This document shows, piece after piece, positions 19,313 to 35,416 of a stretch of 64,000 bases of DNA. Origin of the DNA: Auanema rhodensis (Eukaryota > Animalia > Nematoda); the NCBI GenBank assembly GCA_964057225.1, contig OZ059895.1:14074001-14138000 (forward strand). The letters are read 5' to 3'. A program made the position numbers and the translations under genes. The notes beneath the pieces are model-generated. The model did not search any database, had not been told where the DNA came from, and worked only from the letters and a program-made list of their open reading frames with translations. Position 1 is the stretch's first letter. The number at the start of each line of letters is the position of its first letter.

Positions 19313-22300
19313 TTTTCTTTGGATTTATTGGTGAAAAATACACAAATGAAGAGAACGAGAGCTGGTTAAAGCGTCGTCTGGTCTCTGCCTACCACAATGA
19401 CAGTAGGGGTCAATGTGCCTCGTCAGAATTTTCTCCTCCAAAAATGGAGGCGGAGTCTGCATGTCGTGCATCTCTGCGTGTCTATATCTACTGGTTTTCA
19501 CCGAAATTGTCATCTAGTTTCTCTGAATGTCTGACCAGGTTTTGATGCCTCTGTTTCTCGTCAAAGCCTCTCGATTAGCCTTTATCTATCTCCATATTTC
19601 TTCGTCCGTCTCTCCTTAACTTCACTGCCGAACCATAGAGTTTGCTATCTCAAGCCATGATCCTGTCCCTCGGGGTCTTCACCCCATTCACTCTTCTATT
19701 TCCTTCTGTGTCTTGCTCTCCATGCATATCTCTTCATCTGCCTGCTCTCCAGCACTTTCTTCCTTTCCTTTAGGATGTGATGACCAATCCAAAAACCGAA
19801 CTGCTGAGCACTTCGATATTCACTGGCATACCAGCACACACTTACATGCACACATGCTTATACTCACAGTTTCACTCACTCACATACACACATGCACATC
19901 CATACACATACACACACGTTCTGGCTCCTCCCATTCGGTTGTTCGATCACCAGATTCAGCTTCTAAGGGCCCTGAGGGCAAACAGTATCGGATTACAAAA
20001 CTACCGTACTTGAAAGAATATAGTGCAGTATAAGAGAGAGAAAGAGAATGCAAAAGAGAATGAAAGAGAAGACAAGGGTTGGCAGTCCATCTACGGCAGT
20101 CGTTGCCCTGTCGACAGCTGCAGTCGGCGGCACGACCAGCTCTCGGTGAGCTCCTGGTACAGCAAACGTCGTCTATCCCCATCCATTTCTGAGTTACTAA
20201 ACGCAGGTATAAAAACCAAAAACCTGTGTGCCATGGTCAGTCTGTTCTCTGAAGAGAACTATCACCTCTCCCTGATCCTGTTTATCATGAAATCCGCTTT
20301 CCTAATTTGACTACTTCATTTGCAAATCTATAGCTGTTTCCGCTTTAAAGCGTCATATTCTGTATTCAATGAGTAAAGAGACGATGGCCATCGCTGTGAC
20401 ATCTCGATTTGATTCCATCATTACATCTTGTCCAGCTCCTCCTCCTCCCCCTCATTGCGTTTTGTCTCTTCTTCTTCACCTCCTTCTGCTCCTTTTCCCT
20501 CATCCCTTCATCTTTCTTCTCCCTGTAGCCTTCCTCATCATCTGTTTTGCCCCTTAGCGTTTTGCCTGTAACTTCACGTTGCTACTTACTGTCAACTCAG
20601 AATATCTTCTTTATCTGCTCGGCTATTCTAGTAGTCAGCTGTACTTTTCAGTTTACTGATTCATACGCATCTGAAGCTTCCCTGTTTGAAGCAGGTTATT
20701 GAGTTCAGCTCTATCTACCTTCTATCAAATATGCTTCATAATTCCAATTCCAATTAATTAGTTTCGGAAAATCCCAAAAACACAACATAAGAATTCCCTG
20801 GAGTCTAATGTCGCCAACCTTCAGCATTTTATGAGCGTTTCCGTTCGGGCTTTCTAGCCAACGAGAGCACATAAAGACGATGTTCGTTGTTTATGAAGCC
20901 TGTCCGGAGATGTCTTGATAATTGTCCCAATTTCTGTTTTTTGTTGAATTTCAGCAGAATAATCGTGAGCAATACATCATTTTTCCATATATTTTTCTTT
21001 CATAACTCAATTTCTACATTAGAAATTTTATAAATTCTTGATTTCATTTCAATTTCGATCTATTTTTTTGTGCTTAAATAGCTTGTAAAACTAAATGAGA
21101 CATTGGCTAGCTAATGTCTTCAAGATGATTCTTTCATCATCAATGCTTAACCTGTTGAATTTCCAGCGTTTTGTTATGTTATTCAGTGTGTAAAGTAGAA
21201 ATAAAAATTTATAATTTCTGTTTCTAATGTTTTATATTAGCCTAGACTTCCATATCCAGTTTCCGGTACTTTAATTATTGAGGAAAGGACGTGAGAGCTC
21301 ACACGGCTTGCCTATTGGCCCCTACTTCTCGTATTTCATTCCATATTTGAAATGGAATTTGATGGTTTTCATTGATCTATACAAGAAATGAAATGTTTCA
21401 TACATACATGTGCATATATACTAAGATGCATCTCGATGTAGCAAAAGCATAGATGAATTAATTGAAGAATACAGGCATAAATAAAGAAATTTCAATTAAA
21501 TTTGTATTTGTTTTTGTTTATTTACATGTAAAACATAAAATAATGATAATTGATGAAAAACTAATTTCATTTACAAATTTTGCTATTAAAAAAGAAATTC
21601 ATCTCTATTAAACCATTTATCTTTCAACAATACGTTCTCCAAATTAAAAAAATGTATTAAAACAATGATATAGTAATTTGAAGTCAATTATTGAAGCCAA
21701 CTACTGAGAAGCCAACTACTGAAGTCAACTACGGAGAAGTCAACTGAATAACAGTAAACATATATGTGTTTGACTTTCAAAAGTATAAACAAGGTGTACA
21801 TAGGAATACGTACTTAGCTTATGAAAGAAATATGAAAAGTAAATGAAGTATTGCATTAATCATGATCGTTAGCAAACATTCATTAAATGAAATTTGATAT
21901 TCAGAGCATGTAGAGATGTGGTTTCTTTTTCCAAAAGTAGAAAAAGTAGCCTCAAAATGAGATTAAACAATCAGATGGTTAATAGCTTTGGTCAGCTTAT
22001 TTAAGTTTTCAAATGGCATTGAAACTGACAGACTCAAGTTATTGTTCTCAAAATTCGGAAGAGGAAGTTTGATTAATGAACATATTTGATTTTGATTCTT
22101 CATTCATCCATACATACTATATGATCACTTGGTGAATAAGTTTGAGAGGGAAATGCTTCATATCTAGAGCAAACGAGAGAGTGAGAGAGAGAGAGAGAGA
22201 GGGAGAGAGAGAGGGAGTAAGAGAGAAAATAAGAGGAAAAATGAGAAAATGGAGGAAACAATATTGGATGCAAGTAGAATAATGAAACGAAGAAGAGAGC

Positions 22301-23705
22301 AAAGGATAGGAAGGAAAAGAATATGAGCAGATGTTTTACGGTTCGGAAATTAATGGATTCAATCCACAAATACAGCTTAAACTATGAAAATAAATGTAAA
22401 ACATTTAGAAATCTTTCTTAAACCACATATTCCTTTCTAATTCGGGTGTGCACAAACATATTTCCGTCAAAATTTCAAGTCATCTCATTTGAATCTGCGA
22501 CATGTACATAAACGGTTGAACTAAATACGCGTGCGTATGTAGTATGCTTAGTTGAGAAAAGAAAGATGAAAAGATATATTTTTTTGTAAAATATTGAAGA
22601 ACATGTTGTAATTTAAAGAAAATATAACTAATCAAACGAATTTATATATATTTGTATGTATAGTATATAGAAGTATTGATTTTGTATTTGTAATATTATA
22701 TGTATGAATGACAAAAATGTAAAAACGAAATGCTGATGATGATGACGATGATGATGATGACACTTGTTTAATACTTGAAAGCTTGCTTAGAAAATAATAG
22801 AAAATCAATTCATATATTATGTATTGAAATACATTTTAAATTTTATTCGAAACATCTTTCATACAGCAATATGCCTTTTATAGTTAATATTTTAGTGCAT
22901 TTCAATGCAAGAGTGTAATATACATGGATATGAAGATCTTTTTGATCTTTACATCATCAAAAATTTAATTATAATATAATCTTTATATATATATGTATAT
23001 ATTTATATGTATTTAATTATATATGAGATAGTTATAAATAAATAAATTGATAAAGAATCTTATAAGATGTAAGATGAGATGTTTGATTGAATATGTACTT
23101 CAATCTTAATATTGTAACAATTCTTGAATGGTCCTAGAACTATTTAAACAAATAAATCGACCGAATAATACTGTAATTGTCCTTTAAAAGACAACAAACT
23201 GTCAATTTAAAGCTTGTTAAGATGATGCTCAAATATGATTCAAGTGATAAAGATCAAATTACCGTTCAAATAATACATACACAACTAATTTTCTTTTTTT
23301 TTTCTCATTTTCAAAAAGATTACAACATTTTCAGTAATTTTAAATATAAAAAATATGATTTTTTCCGAAAGCAGATGAAATATATATGAATATAATATAA
23401 GGCTTTTCAATCGACAACCCATATTAATGCTATAAATTGCAGTCATATTCGTCAGACACAAAGCTGAATATATGCCATTTTCATTAAACTTTTGTTAAAA
23501 ATTAAAGATTAATCAATATATAATATTGAAATACACCATATGTATAACTTATATGCAATTCTTCTGTTCTTATAATATCATCCAATTGTTTCAAAAGAAA
23601 AGTTGCCTATTATCTGCTATTGATGAAGAAAATGTAGATTTTCGACAGGCAATAGAAGCTGTTTCTTTCGAAATTTTCAGTTTTTTTCAGTCTAATTGAG
23701 AAAAT

Positions 23706-25268
23706 ATGTGTGTTATGATAGCAGACGAGTCAACTGATTCATATATATTATTACAAAATATATTATTTGGATTTAATTGTATTATAACTATTATTGTATT
23801 ATATATAGTATTATATCGTTCATCAATACAAATGTCATCATATAAATATATTTTAATTTCACATCTTATATGGTATGTTAATTATTATTATAATTCTACT
23901 AACTATACATGTATAACTAACTATATCTATATATTTAACACGTTATTCTCATATTTAAGTTTCTTCTTACATGATTTTCTTGTTGGAGTATGTATGGCAT
24001 TACAAGCTTATCCACAATTTTGGGGATTTCGACAGTCTGGCTTAACAGCTCAAGGAAATATTCCAATGAAACCAATTGCTTATATGGCTGGAAGTTTCAT
24101 TGCAGGTTCATTAGCATAACTATATTATCTATACGTGGGCATTGACTATATATGCTAATTTTGCTCGGCTCAATGAAAAAAAAAACTTTTTGTAATTCAA
24201 ATTCTAAACATTTCATTTTTCTTTTTCATTCTTTCTTATTTTTTCTTTCAAAAAAAAAAAAATAATTATTTCATTCTCGTATTGTAATTGAAAGTTACAT
24301 CGAATAAACTTTGAATAAAAATAAATAACAATATATGATATAACTAACTTAAATATATATAATATATAAAATTATTTTTATAGAAGTTTTGGGAATATAT
24401 TTGAATATGGTTCATTTTCGTACAAGAGCTATATTACATGAGACACATCCATTTCGTTTACGAAAATCTTTATATATTATAATTAGTTTTTCATTTTATA
24501 ATTTATGGATACCATTCTGTATTGTATTTTACATAACATGCTCAACTGATTATGCTGATAAATATAAGCAACTTGAGGTTATTTTTCTTCTAAAAATCAT
24601 TATTTAACTATTATTTATTTTAGTTATATAATATATGTAAATCAAATTATAGTTTTATAATGATGTCTGAAGATATTATTATAATTCCACGAAGTCGATT
24701 AACTGTTGTTTTAATATTTTTCGTATTAGCTTGTTTAATTATAACATTTGTATTTGTTTCATGTTTTACTATATCTATTTATATGTTATATTTCTCTGTA
24801 TCTGTTTTATCTAAAAAAACGAAACAACTTCAACGGTCATTTCTTCAAGCTCTTTTTCTCCAGGTTTTTTCATATAACTTTATATGTTTTTAATATAAAT
24901 TTTAATTATACTATATGTAATAGTTATAGATATTAATACCAGAAATATTTATGTCTGTGCCTATTTTAGTTATAATATCTGGACAATCATCATGTAATTT
25001 CTTTAAAATTCTTACTATGTTTATCTTTTTTTTCTTTTTTATTTTCAGTTGTCGAACAAGTGGCAATGATTTGTTACTGTTGCCATGGATCAGCTAATGC
25101 TATTGTGCTACTATTTGCTCATAGAGATTATAGAAATATTATATTCAATTGGTTTCGAACATTATTAAGAACAAGTAATAAGATTATTTTAATTTATTTT
25201 AATGTTTCAACCTATACTTAGAAAGTCCCGAAGCTTCTGTACGTGCTATTCGTCTCACAAATTTATGA
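23706..25268 (+). CDS. Nematode chemoreceptor GPCR, srh/sri-like (Str superfamily)
   Basis: In-frame hydrophobic exons with family motifs QMSSYKYILISHLIC, SVLSKKTKQLQRSFLQALFLQ and CCHGSANAIVLLFAHRDYRNII; ends ...RLTNL* at 25268. Confidence 0.85.
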
Positions 25269-26389
25269 ATGTTCAAGAAATATATAGAAGCATTAACATA
25301 TTATTAATAACTATTAAATAGGTTTTATAACATATAATTAATATAATATTTAACAAGTACAAAACTATTATATACATATCATGTGTGTTCATATGCTTAA
25401 AAAACTTGAAACAACTTATCTTTATAATTACTTATCTATCTATCTATACATGTACATCTATATATATTAATCTTTTCTATTATTATATATAATTATTAAT
25501 TATATACATATTGTATATTATTATAAATTTATTTTTAGATAAATTTCAAATATAAATATATATTTTTAACTATGAAATAATTTTTAATAGTATTAAATGA
25601 TCAATAAACATTCTAAAATAATTGATTTTTCACAAATATTTTAAGGATATTGTATAATAAATTCATATATCTATATCTATATAGATATAGATTATATGAT
25701 ATAGTTATCTATATTTGGACTTTTAATGAAATATTTATTAAAAATAAAAAGTTTGAAAAGAAAGTTTTATTACTCATCACGCATAATAGCTAGCCCGTGT
25801 GCATGATATAGTAGACAAATAAAATTTTTTTGTTTTTATTAAAACATTTAAACTTGTAGAGAGAGAGAGAGATAGAGAAACAGGGAGAGAGAGGGAAAGA
25901 GAGAGAGAGAAAGGTATAAGTTATTTGTATGGGAAAGACAAATTTTAAAGAAAAATGCCATGTTGAATGATAGAACAAAGATGCAATAAACGAGAGTAAC
26001 ACCGTGAGTTTGTCAAGGAAAATAAGCAAAAAGTAAAATAACAAGAAGAGACAATGAGGAAAAAAGAATTTTAAGTACAATTTCAAGTAAAAAACAAGAA
26101 ATATGAATTACATTAGTTATATATATATATATATATAGTTTATGAATATATTATATGTATGTATAGAGGCAGGATTGGCTGAGCAGCATTTGTCTTTTTC
26201 AAGAAAATTTGGAAAAAAAACACATTTTTGTTGAATTTTTTCCAACAAAAAAAAAGACAAAAGGAATGTTGAACATAAAAAATGAAATATAATTTGAAAC
26301 TATATTGAATGAAATAAGATTAATAATTCTTAACCTAAGTAAGAGCTTATGATGATGATGTTGTTGTTGTTGTTGTTATTGTTGTTATA

Positions 26390-29300
26390 TTAATATCGTC
26401 CAGAATAGGAATACCTCTGAAATAACATAAAAATAATTAATTTCTTATTTATAATTTATAGTTAGCATAGTTAATATTCCCAGAATTAAAATAAAAACAT
26501 TGTTAGAATATATAACTAACCGTATTGCTATGGTTATTATGATTATTATAATTATTATAACTAGTAGTAAAAGGTGGACTGTGACGACTAGATGATGGTC
26601 CACTACTTGGTGAAGATGCTGACGGATTATTGTGAAGATTCCAATAAGAACCGTATAAGGACATTCGACCCGACTAGAAATTTCCCATATTAGATTAAAT
26701 TGAGTTAGTATAGAAACATATAAATATAGTTATAGTTAGCATAATATAGATATACATATAATTAATGTTATTATTATATATTTTACCTGATTATATCCTG
26801 CCATTTCTCCACTTAATCTAGCTGTTTTATCTATATTATCATCATATGCTCCTTCTAAGTTCTTTGATCCTCTCTAAAATACGTTTTAAAATTAATGTTT
26901 ATACTATAATGTTTTCTAATAAAACCTTTAAAGCATATGCTGTCGGTCGTACACCATAGGTAGGCCCGTACATAGCACGGAGATGAGCTGATGAGCTTCG
27001 TCGACGACAACACACAACAAGTGCTATGATGATAAGCAGAATAACCCATACAGCAACTATTCCAGTTGGTATGATAATAGCTAATTCTGAAGATGATTAA
27101 GCTTTAGAATGAATAACATGATCAAGAAACGAACTGCTATTATCAGCTACTGAAGGTGATTGATCAGAAGGAGTATTTGGTTTGCCGGTAACAATGACGG
27201 GCTTACTGCGCGGAGTTGTAACACGAACAGGCTAAAGTGGTAATTATTAACAATACTCATAACTATATCATATAAATATATATTAATTTAATTGAAAAAT
27301 AAATGTTATATTAGAATTATTAATATTCGAGTTAGAGACTAACTGGTTTACGTGTAGATGATGTAAAGATGAAAATTGGTGGATTAGATGATTCTATTGA
27401 CGTCGTTGTTATTGTTGAATCAGATGATTTGGATGTGATTTTAATATCAGAAGGAGATACTATGCTTGATTTTTCAAGAATATCAAGTTTAGAAGGAATT
27501 TGTGCTGTTTTAGTAGATGATAATGAATTTTGGTGTTGTTGAATTGGAATAAAATGCGATGCTGGTCGTCGATTTGTTTTCTAAAATGTTATTATTTGAA
27601 GGATTAGTTAGATGATATGATGTAAGAATATGATGAAAGTTATCCAAAAGTTAGAATTATCGTGAATGGTTACCGTGAAATCATCCTCATCTTCACTATC
27701 ATCGCCTTCAGAATCTTCATTTGATGGAGAAATATTCAAAGAATCAGAAGACATCTGTGGCGTTATTGCTATTCCATTATGAACTTGAATTATAGAATTA
27801 TAGAATTTTATAAATAATATATACTAACCATTATTAATAGTATTCAGACTATCATTTTCATCATTCAAAGAGAATGTTGGGAACGTTGGTTCATTAGTTA
27901 CTGAAGTTGATTTTCTTGTACTATCGGTAGTTTCCTAAATATATTATATTAGAATAATATCCTTAACTATATGATATAAATAATTTTAAATGAATAAACT
28001 TGCCTGAGAAATTGAGAAATTTGGAAGTTTTTTCTTGGATCCAGTAACAAACTCTGGAACTACGGTAACGATGGGCGGGAAAGTAACTACTGTAGCTTCT
28101 GTTTCAAATACATCTTCATCAATATTGAAATCATCTTGAGCAATAGAAACTAATGGTCTTGAAAGGAAAATAGATTAGAATTTGTTTTTAATCGGGACAA
28201 TACCTATGTGGAGTACTTTGGAATTGAGGTCTTGGTCGATGAGATGTAGTAGTTGGAGTAGATATAGCAGTAGTAGTTGGTTTGGATGTTGAAGCTGTTA
28301 CGACAAGCTGAAATCACATCATAAGAAGAAGAAAGTGAAAAGAAAGTTACATCAACAGCGAAGTTGTTGCGAGGTTGTTCTTCGAAAGTTGGAGTTATGA
28401 TACGAGGTCCACCAATCTTAAACGAAGCAAACATTATATTTGAAATTCATAGGTAAAACTAACGGCAATTGATGGAATTATTAGATTTTGAGATTTTTCG
28501 TCTAAGTTTTTCTCAATATCAACTTTCGAAATAGATTTAACAGAAGAGAATGAAGATGAATGCTCTGTAGGTGTATCAGATGATACTTTCTCACGATCAC
28601 AGTAAGGTGGTTGAAGTTTATCAGATGGACATGGTTGAATAGATGTTGAATCTTAATTATATATATTATATGATATAATAATATTTTTAAATTATAATAT
28701 TACCAATACGATACATCCAGATACCAGGTTGACCGACATTCGATAGTTGAGGTAGTTGTTCAAGTCCTTGAGTACCCGATCCAGGAAGTGATAATGATGT
28801 TGTAGCATCATTAGTAATAATCCCAGCCTATAAATCAATATGGTTGTAAAACTTAAGTTATAAGTTTTATATGAAAAACCTCAGCATCATCAGACCATGG
28901 CATATCCTTATATAAGAATTGAACATAAGTTGATTTCTGTTGACTATCATTCAATCCGCCAATTAAAACTGTTTGGAATGTATTTGCTGTCTGGAAAAGT
29001 TTTGAAAAAATTGAAAAATCGAAAAAATTAAAAATAATACTTGATCATTTCCATTTGTAACATTTTCATAAGTAACTATAAGAGCACTACGAGCAATGAA
29101 TGATTTATCTCCAAAATGCTCAGCAACAGATCGAGATGCTCTTGTCAATATGCTTGAATCTGAAAAAACAAAAAAGTTTTTTGTTTTAAATTAAAAAAAT
29201 AAATAAAATTCTTACCAGTAACTTCAGATACAGTAATTGTGCCATGAGTTGACGTATCAATTGGAGCAAAGAAAGGTGCAATTCCACTTATATTCAATGA

Positions 29301-31639
29301 ATCAAGATGTTTACTTGAAATAGGACCCATTTCTGACATTGATATAAGACCAGATGTTGAAATCTTAAATGAAAAAAATTAAAAAAAATTAAGAAATCAA
29401 TCAATAATTACTGTTAATTTATCTTTTGTATCTCCAAGAATCTTTAATGGATTCTTTAAATGCCAACCAACTTTAGCATTTTTACTTTTCGGAAGTGATT
29501 GATGTCCATCAAATGGATATAAGAATTCTTTTCTACAAATTGTTTTACCATCTCCTATAAATAGAAAAAAATAATAAATATATATAGATTATATAATTAA
29601 AATTTTATAATTATTTATAAAATAATTAATTATTTAAGATATTATAACATAAAACTAATATATACTATGTATATATGAAAAGCATATATTTTAAATTATT
29701 ATAATTTATCATATATATATATAGTATAAAGTAGAAATAAATAATTTTGAAGATTATACCTGTATAGCCTTCTTTACATTGACAAAAATATCTTCCAGGT
29801 GTATTGGTACATATGGCATTTGCATGACAAATGTTTGTTTTCTGACATTCATCAATATCTAAAAAAACTTGAATAATATCACGAACATCTGTCATATCGT
29901 CATCTTATTTGTTTTTGAAATTAATTTATAAACAACAATCCTTTTAACTATGTGTATAAGTTATGTTACCTTTGCATGATTTGTGTCCATCGCCGGTAAA
30001 GCCTTCTAAGCATCCACATCTTTGAACTGGCTCACCACATCGATCATAATCAGTAAACATGATAGCATTCGCAGTACATTGAATTGCTGCAGCACGACGA
30101 TCACATGTATCTTTTTCTATAATTATATATAATTTATAATATTATAGTTAACTATGTGTACTTGTTTGACAGCTTTTGCCTGTCCAGCATTGATGACAAC
30201 CACGAGAGCATTCTCCAGTTACTGGATGGCATGTTCCATCACTACAGTGACAGCACTGAGCACAATCAGCACCCCATTCACCAGCAGCACACTCTTGAAA
30301 GGAGATAGGTTCATTGAGATGTAAACAAAGTATGTTTTACCTTCATCACATGTATCTCCTTTAATTCCAAGTTTACAACGATAAACTGTCTTTTCACTCA
30401 TTTCAAACATCCATTCACCAGGAATTCCTACAATTCATACACATAGTTAGCATATAATTATAATAATAGTTAACCTGTATTGCCATATTCTTCTAAATAC
30501 ATAATGTTTCCAGTACCAGATGTTGGAAGAGAAAAATGATGTCCACCATTTCCTTCATTAAATCCTGCTTCAGCACCTTGTGTCCATCCAATGTTACTGT
30601 AGATGAAATTAGCAAATGTTCCATTACTTGTAACAAATAAAGCAGCTTGGAATGTATTTGTATTCTTTAATTATAAATAATAAACAATAAACAATGTTAT
30701 AAAATCTATTTTACCTCATCAGGTAAAGCATCTGAATTCAATGGCTGCATCTTTTCCCATGTTACTATAACAGCTGATGTGACTTTCACATTCTTATCAT
30801 ATTGATATCTGATTTCACTTTGTCCACGTTCAAGAGCTCTTCCTTCTGAAATTTGGAAATTTGTTTTGAAATTCAAAACAAACGGCTCATGATAAACAAC
30901 CGCTTTGCGTCATTTGTATTGTTACAACATTGATATCACGTACGTGTGCATTTATATTTTTATTTATGCTAATTTTGGATAATTTATGCTAATTTATGCC
31001 ATATATTTTAATTTAAAAATAGTTTTACTTACTTGTAACTTCGCGATAATAGACATGTCCACCTGTACGTAAATCATTTCTATTCCAAAATGGAGCAATC
31101 ATACGTGATCCACTTGGAAATACATCTTGCTTATATGTTCTAGCTGATACATCAAATCCTACAGCTCCATTAGATAAAATCTAAATAAAACAGAATAATA
31201 TATAATATATTTCTTAATTATATTAATTATACATATATAGTTTTATATTCATTTCCATAAAAGCGAATTGCTTTTTGTAGATCAACTTTCTTTCCAATAT
31301 CTAATCCATTTGGCAATTCAGAATCACCAGCACTTAATCCATATTCAAATAATCGAGATGAAAATAATGGAGCAGTAACCTATAACATCATATATAGTTT
31401 ATAACATATATAGTTTATAACATATATAGTTTATAATATATATTTATTATTATCATTTTTTAGTTATTTAATCCTTTTTCTTTTATGGAAAATTAATGTT
31501 TGTCAAGATATTCAAGATAAAGAGAATTCAGAAGAAAAATGTCACAAAGATTTTGTTCGATAAAATATTTGCAAATGGACGGCTGTCATCAAAACGTCGT
31601 GGCAAGATCATGAACTACATACACGCATAGATCTTACAT

Positions 31640-31708
<69 letters not shown>

Positions 31709-32254
31709 CTTTCCTTTATTCTTATTTTTCATGTTTGACTCAATGACCGGATAAGATTTTGATGACATCTAGATAAAGATTGTCAAAACAACATTGAATC
31801 CATGTTTTCGTTAGCATTTTCTTCATAAAAAAAAATATTCAAAACAAGTAGAAACATAAATTTACAAGTTTATATAGTTAATTATATTTTCTTTTTTAAC
31901 TATATAGTAAAATAATAATTGTTGTAAAAGAAAAAAAAAGTAAAACAAGCAATAGTTTGAAGAAATTATTGTCAAAATCCGTCAATCAATGTGTGTATTG
32001 AGAGACCGGAAAATGAAAAAAGAAGTAACTAACTATACCTGAATACTAATTTCTTTTGGTTGTAACTGACGTCTTCCACGTAATGATCGTTCTAATTTAT
32101 CATTTTCAATTTCCTGTAAAATAGCTTTGTGTGTTGTGGTTAAAATGGAATTTCGAACTTGTTCTATCCGAAGACGAGCAGCAATACGTTCTGGATCTAT
32201 CCTCATAGCACCCATTATGGGTAAAAGGGACAGCAAGATAGCTGTCCATTTCAT
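26390..32254 (-). CDS. dex-1: Nidogen (NIDO)/EGF-domain apical ECM protein with mucin-like stalk and TM segment
   Basis: Signal peptide [15 protein letters not shown] and furin-like RGRR. Then [66 protein letters not shown], a Ca-EGF ([32 protein letters not shown]), a second NIDO domain and a TM segment ([25 protein letters not shown]). Ends RYSYSGRY* at 26390. Confidence 0.92.
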
Positions 32255-34142
32255 GATTTTAAAGTCTAAATAAATGAATTTTTAAGAAAAAACAACAACA
32301 ACAAAACAATAAACAAGGAAAAAAAAGAATAAATGATTTCAGGTAAAACAGAGAAATGGTATAATGAGGGTAGATGTAATCATCAAATATTAGAATTGTT
32401 GATCAAATATAGTAAAGAGATGGTTGTAAGCTGATCTCAATATCCGTCTGTCTTTTGTACATATTCGGAGCGTGATTGCCAATAATGAAAGTAAAGAAGA
32501 GTAAGGAAAAGAGAGAGAAAGAGTGCGAGATAAAGAGAGAGAGAGAAAGAGAGAGAGCGAGGTGAGGAGTTTCCGGGGTGCCAAGTACATGTCAAGTGAC
32601 GGTAACAACACAAGATAATTCAATAGAAGCTTTAATATAAAAGAGAAAAAATGAGGGCGAAGGAAGAAAAGGCTTGTTGAGCGAAAATACTCAGAAAGGA
32701 AATTCAATAACAACAAATCATACAGATATGAAATACAATAAGCTGACTGTACTATAACTACAATAAATTGGAAGTAAAGATGAAACAAGGCTTTTCCTCT
32801 TCGGCCTCACCCCACCCGTGCCTCCTATTGTGAAAGTTTTAACAGAAACATATTAAGTTTTTTTAATTTTATAAAAAAAAACAATTTTCTTTAAAAACAG
32901 GAATATACAGCATTTGTATTTACTTAATCTAAACGGAATTAGGATGACCACGATGACGATGATGATGATGAAGATGGAAAGTGGGACTGTGTGTCTTCTT
33001 CAAAATCTTGAATGTCATATGTTGTTCTTAACAAATTTTTCTTTCTTTTCAATACACACATATATTCTTAATTATAAATATTATAATTTTATATTAAAAA
33101 AGAAAAAGAAAAGAGGAATAGCGTGGGAAAGGTGAGCTGATGGGGCAGGTGGCATGGGGTAACAAACTCCAAAAAAACTTTGGAAAGGTCAAGGATGGGT
33201 GAAGATAAAAGAGGACATGATTGGAGGTAATGATTGGAAATGTGGATGTGAAAATTAAAAAAATTAATTAAATTATATATTTATATTAGAATATATTAGA
33301 ATATATATAAGAGAAATAGTTAATATAGTTTGAATTAGAAATGGACAGGCGTCGTCTGAGATAGATTTGAATGAAGAGGCTAGTGTGTGAAGGAGAGTGT
33401 TGGCAGGTAAGAGGAAGAAGAGGGTAAGAGGTGTATAGAAGGGACATTGGTTGGTCATGACCCCGGCTGTTTAGATGACGGTATTTGTGAAAGCCAATGA
33501 ATGAATAGCCAACCATATACCTATTGAATGATCCTTACGTACGCTACGGCACAGGAAATGCTAGAAGACTGTGAGCAAAAGAAAGAAAAAATACAAAAGA
33601 GCATGGGAAAATGAGAGAGAGAGGGAGAGAGGGAGAGAGAAAGAGATTTGAGTTCATGTTGGGAGGGAGGGATATATGAAAGCTTAATACAAGACTATTA
33701 CAGTATTATATTAATAGTTAATAGATGTTGTTTTCTTTTTATGTTTACATGTGTCTGCTACTACTCAGCCACTCTCCTCTCCTCCTCCTGCACCTCCCTC
33801 CCAACACGACTAACTCACCCAAATGATAACTATGCGTATTTATGCTAATCAGATATAAAATCTTTTATAGCAAACTAGCAATTAAGAAGAACTTTGTTAT
33901 GACAAACTATGTGTCACAGGAAATAGATTGAAGGAAATATATGAACGGTAGCAAGATAATGAAAGAAAAATGAAAAATAAACATGAAATCGGAAGAAAGA
34001 GAGAGGTGAAAAGAGGGTGGATGATAGGAAAAAGGAAGAAGAAATTCATTTGATTCAATTTAAACATATGAATAACCTTGAATAAATGAATTCTTGAACA
34101 CGTAATAGACAACAAAGAGACTTCTATAAGGGTTAGAGGGAA

Positions 34143-34188
<46 letters not shown>

Positions 34189-35381
34189 CTGAAGTGATGT
34201 GTTCATAGTAACGGTCAAACATGGTTTAAACAACTTTATTGAAGAAGATGAGGATGAGAAGTAACAAGAAAACATAATAAAAGCCAATTACAAAGCAAAT
34301 TAACTATAATGCCTGAGGCATAACACACACACACACAACTACTGTATGGCATTTTGATAATGAAAATAGAAAATGTTGGATATTTGTACATATAATCCAG
34401 AAGAAAGCAGCTAAACTGAAGTGAAGTGACAGTGAATAGTCATTTACGGATTCAGATGAGACAGAAAAAGCGGACGATAATCGGCTTAACGGTATGAATC
34501 TACAGAAGTTTTGATAAATGGTTCAAGTTTTGAAGTGGACTAATAAATAGGAAAAAGAAGTTTAAAAGAGAGATTTAAAGAAATATGAATATAAAATCTT
34601 ATATTATAGTTAAAAAGGATTTATATGAATTGATTTCATAACCATTATAACATATAGTAAAAAATCTTTTTACTATATGTATATGTTAATCATTATACTT
34701 GGAAGTAATAGCAGGATAATGGGATGGACGGAGGGTAGATCAAACGAAATGAAAGAAATGATGAGTTAAGTGGCTTGAAGCTGTTGCTGTTACTGCTGTA
34801 GCTACTGCTGCTACTGCTGCTGCTGCATGCATTCAAGCAAGCAAGTTAAGGAGAAGTAATGGTAGATATACTAGAAACAACTTCAATACATAACTACAAA
34901 CATGTAAACAAGGACTCAGTTCGTTTTTTTTTCGAAGAAAAGAATAAGTTTTTGAAAAAAATTTAAATAAAAAAATTAGACTGGAAGTAATGAAATTGGA
35001 TGAAAGTTTATGGAAGGATAAGGAATTGAAAGAGTTAGCTATGAACCATATGAGATGAAAGATTTTTCTATAACTTGTTTCTCAATATATGGACATATGA
35101 AGGTGATTTGTGTCTTTTCCACCTTTCGATACTCTTCAATCTTCCTTCTCTTGTTCTCTTTCTTGAAGAGAAAATAGAACTAAAGATATCAGATCAGATA
35201 GGAGGACCTATGGCTCGAAAGACAAAGTTGATTGTCATCGTCCGAGTCCGTCACCTTCGGAATGCTGGAAGAGGGAAGAGAGGTAGACAAGAGCCGATGT
35301 TCGAAGATTTAAGGATGGTTTCTTAGTTCTTCGATAAATCTAAGGATAGAGGAATATCGGGAGAGAAAGAGAGAGAGGGAT

Positions 35382-35416
<35 letters not shown>

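Noticed and set aside
19320-20830. Degenerate retroelement in the GC-richer block
   Set aside because: No LTR pair or recognisable gag/pol motif; its position directly upstream of the inferred mec-12 ATG exon explains it more simply. Not fully excluded.
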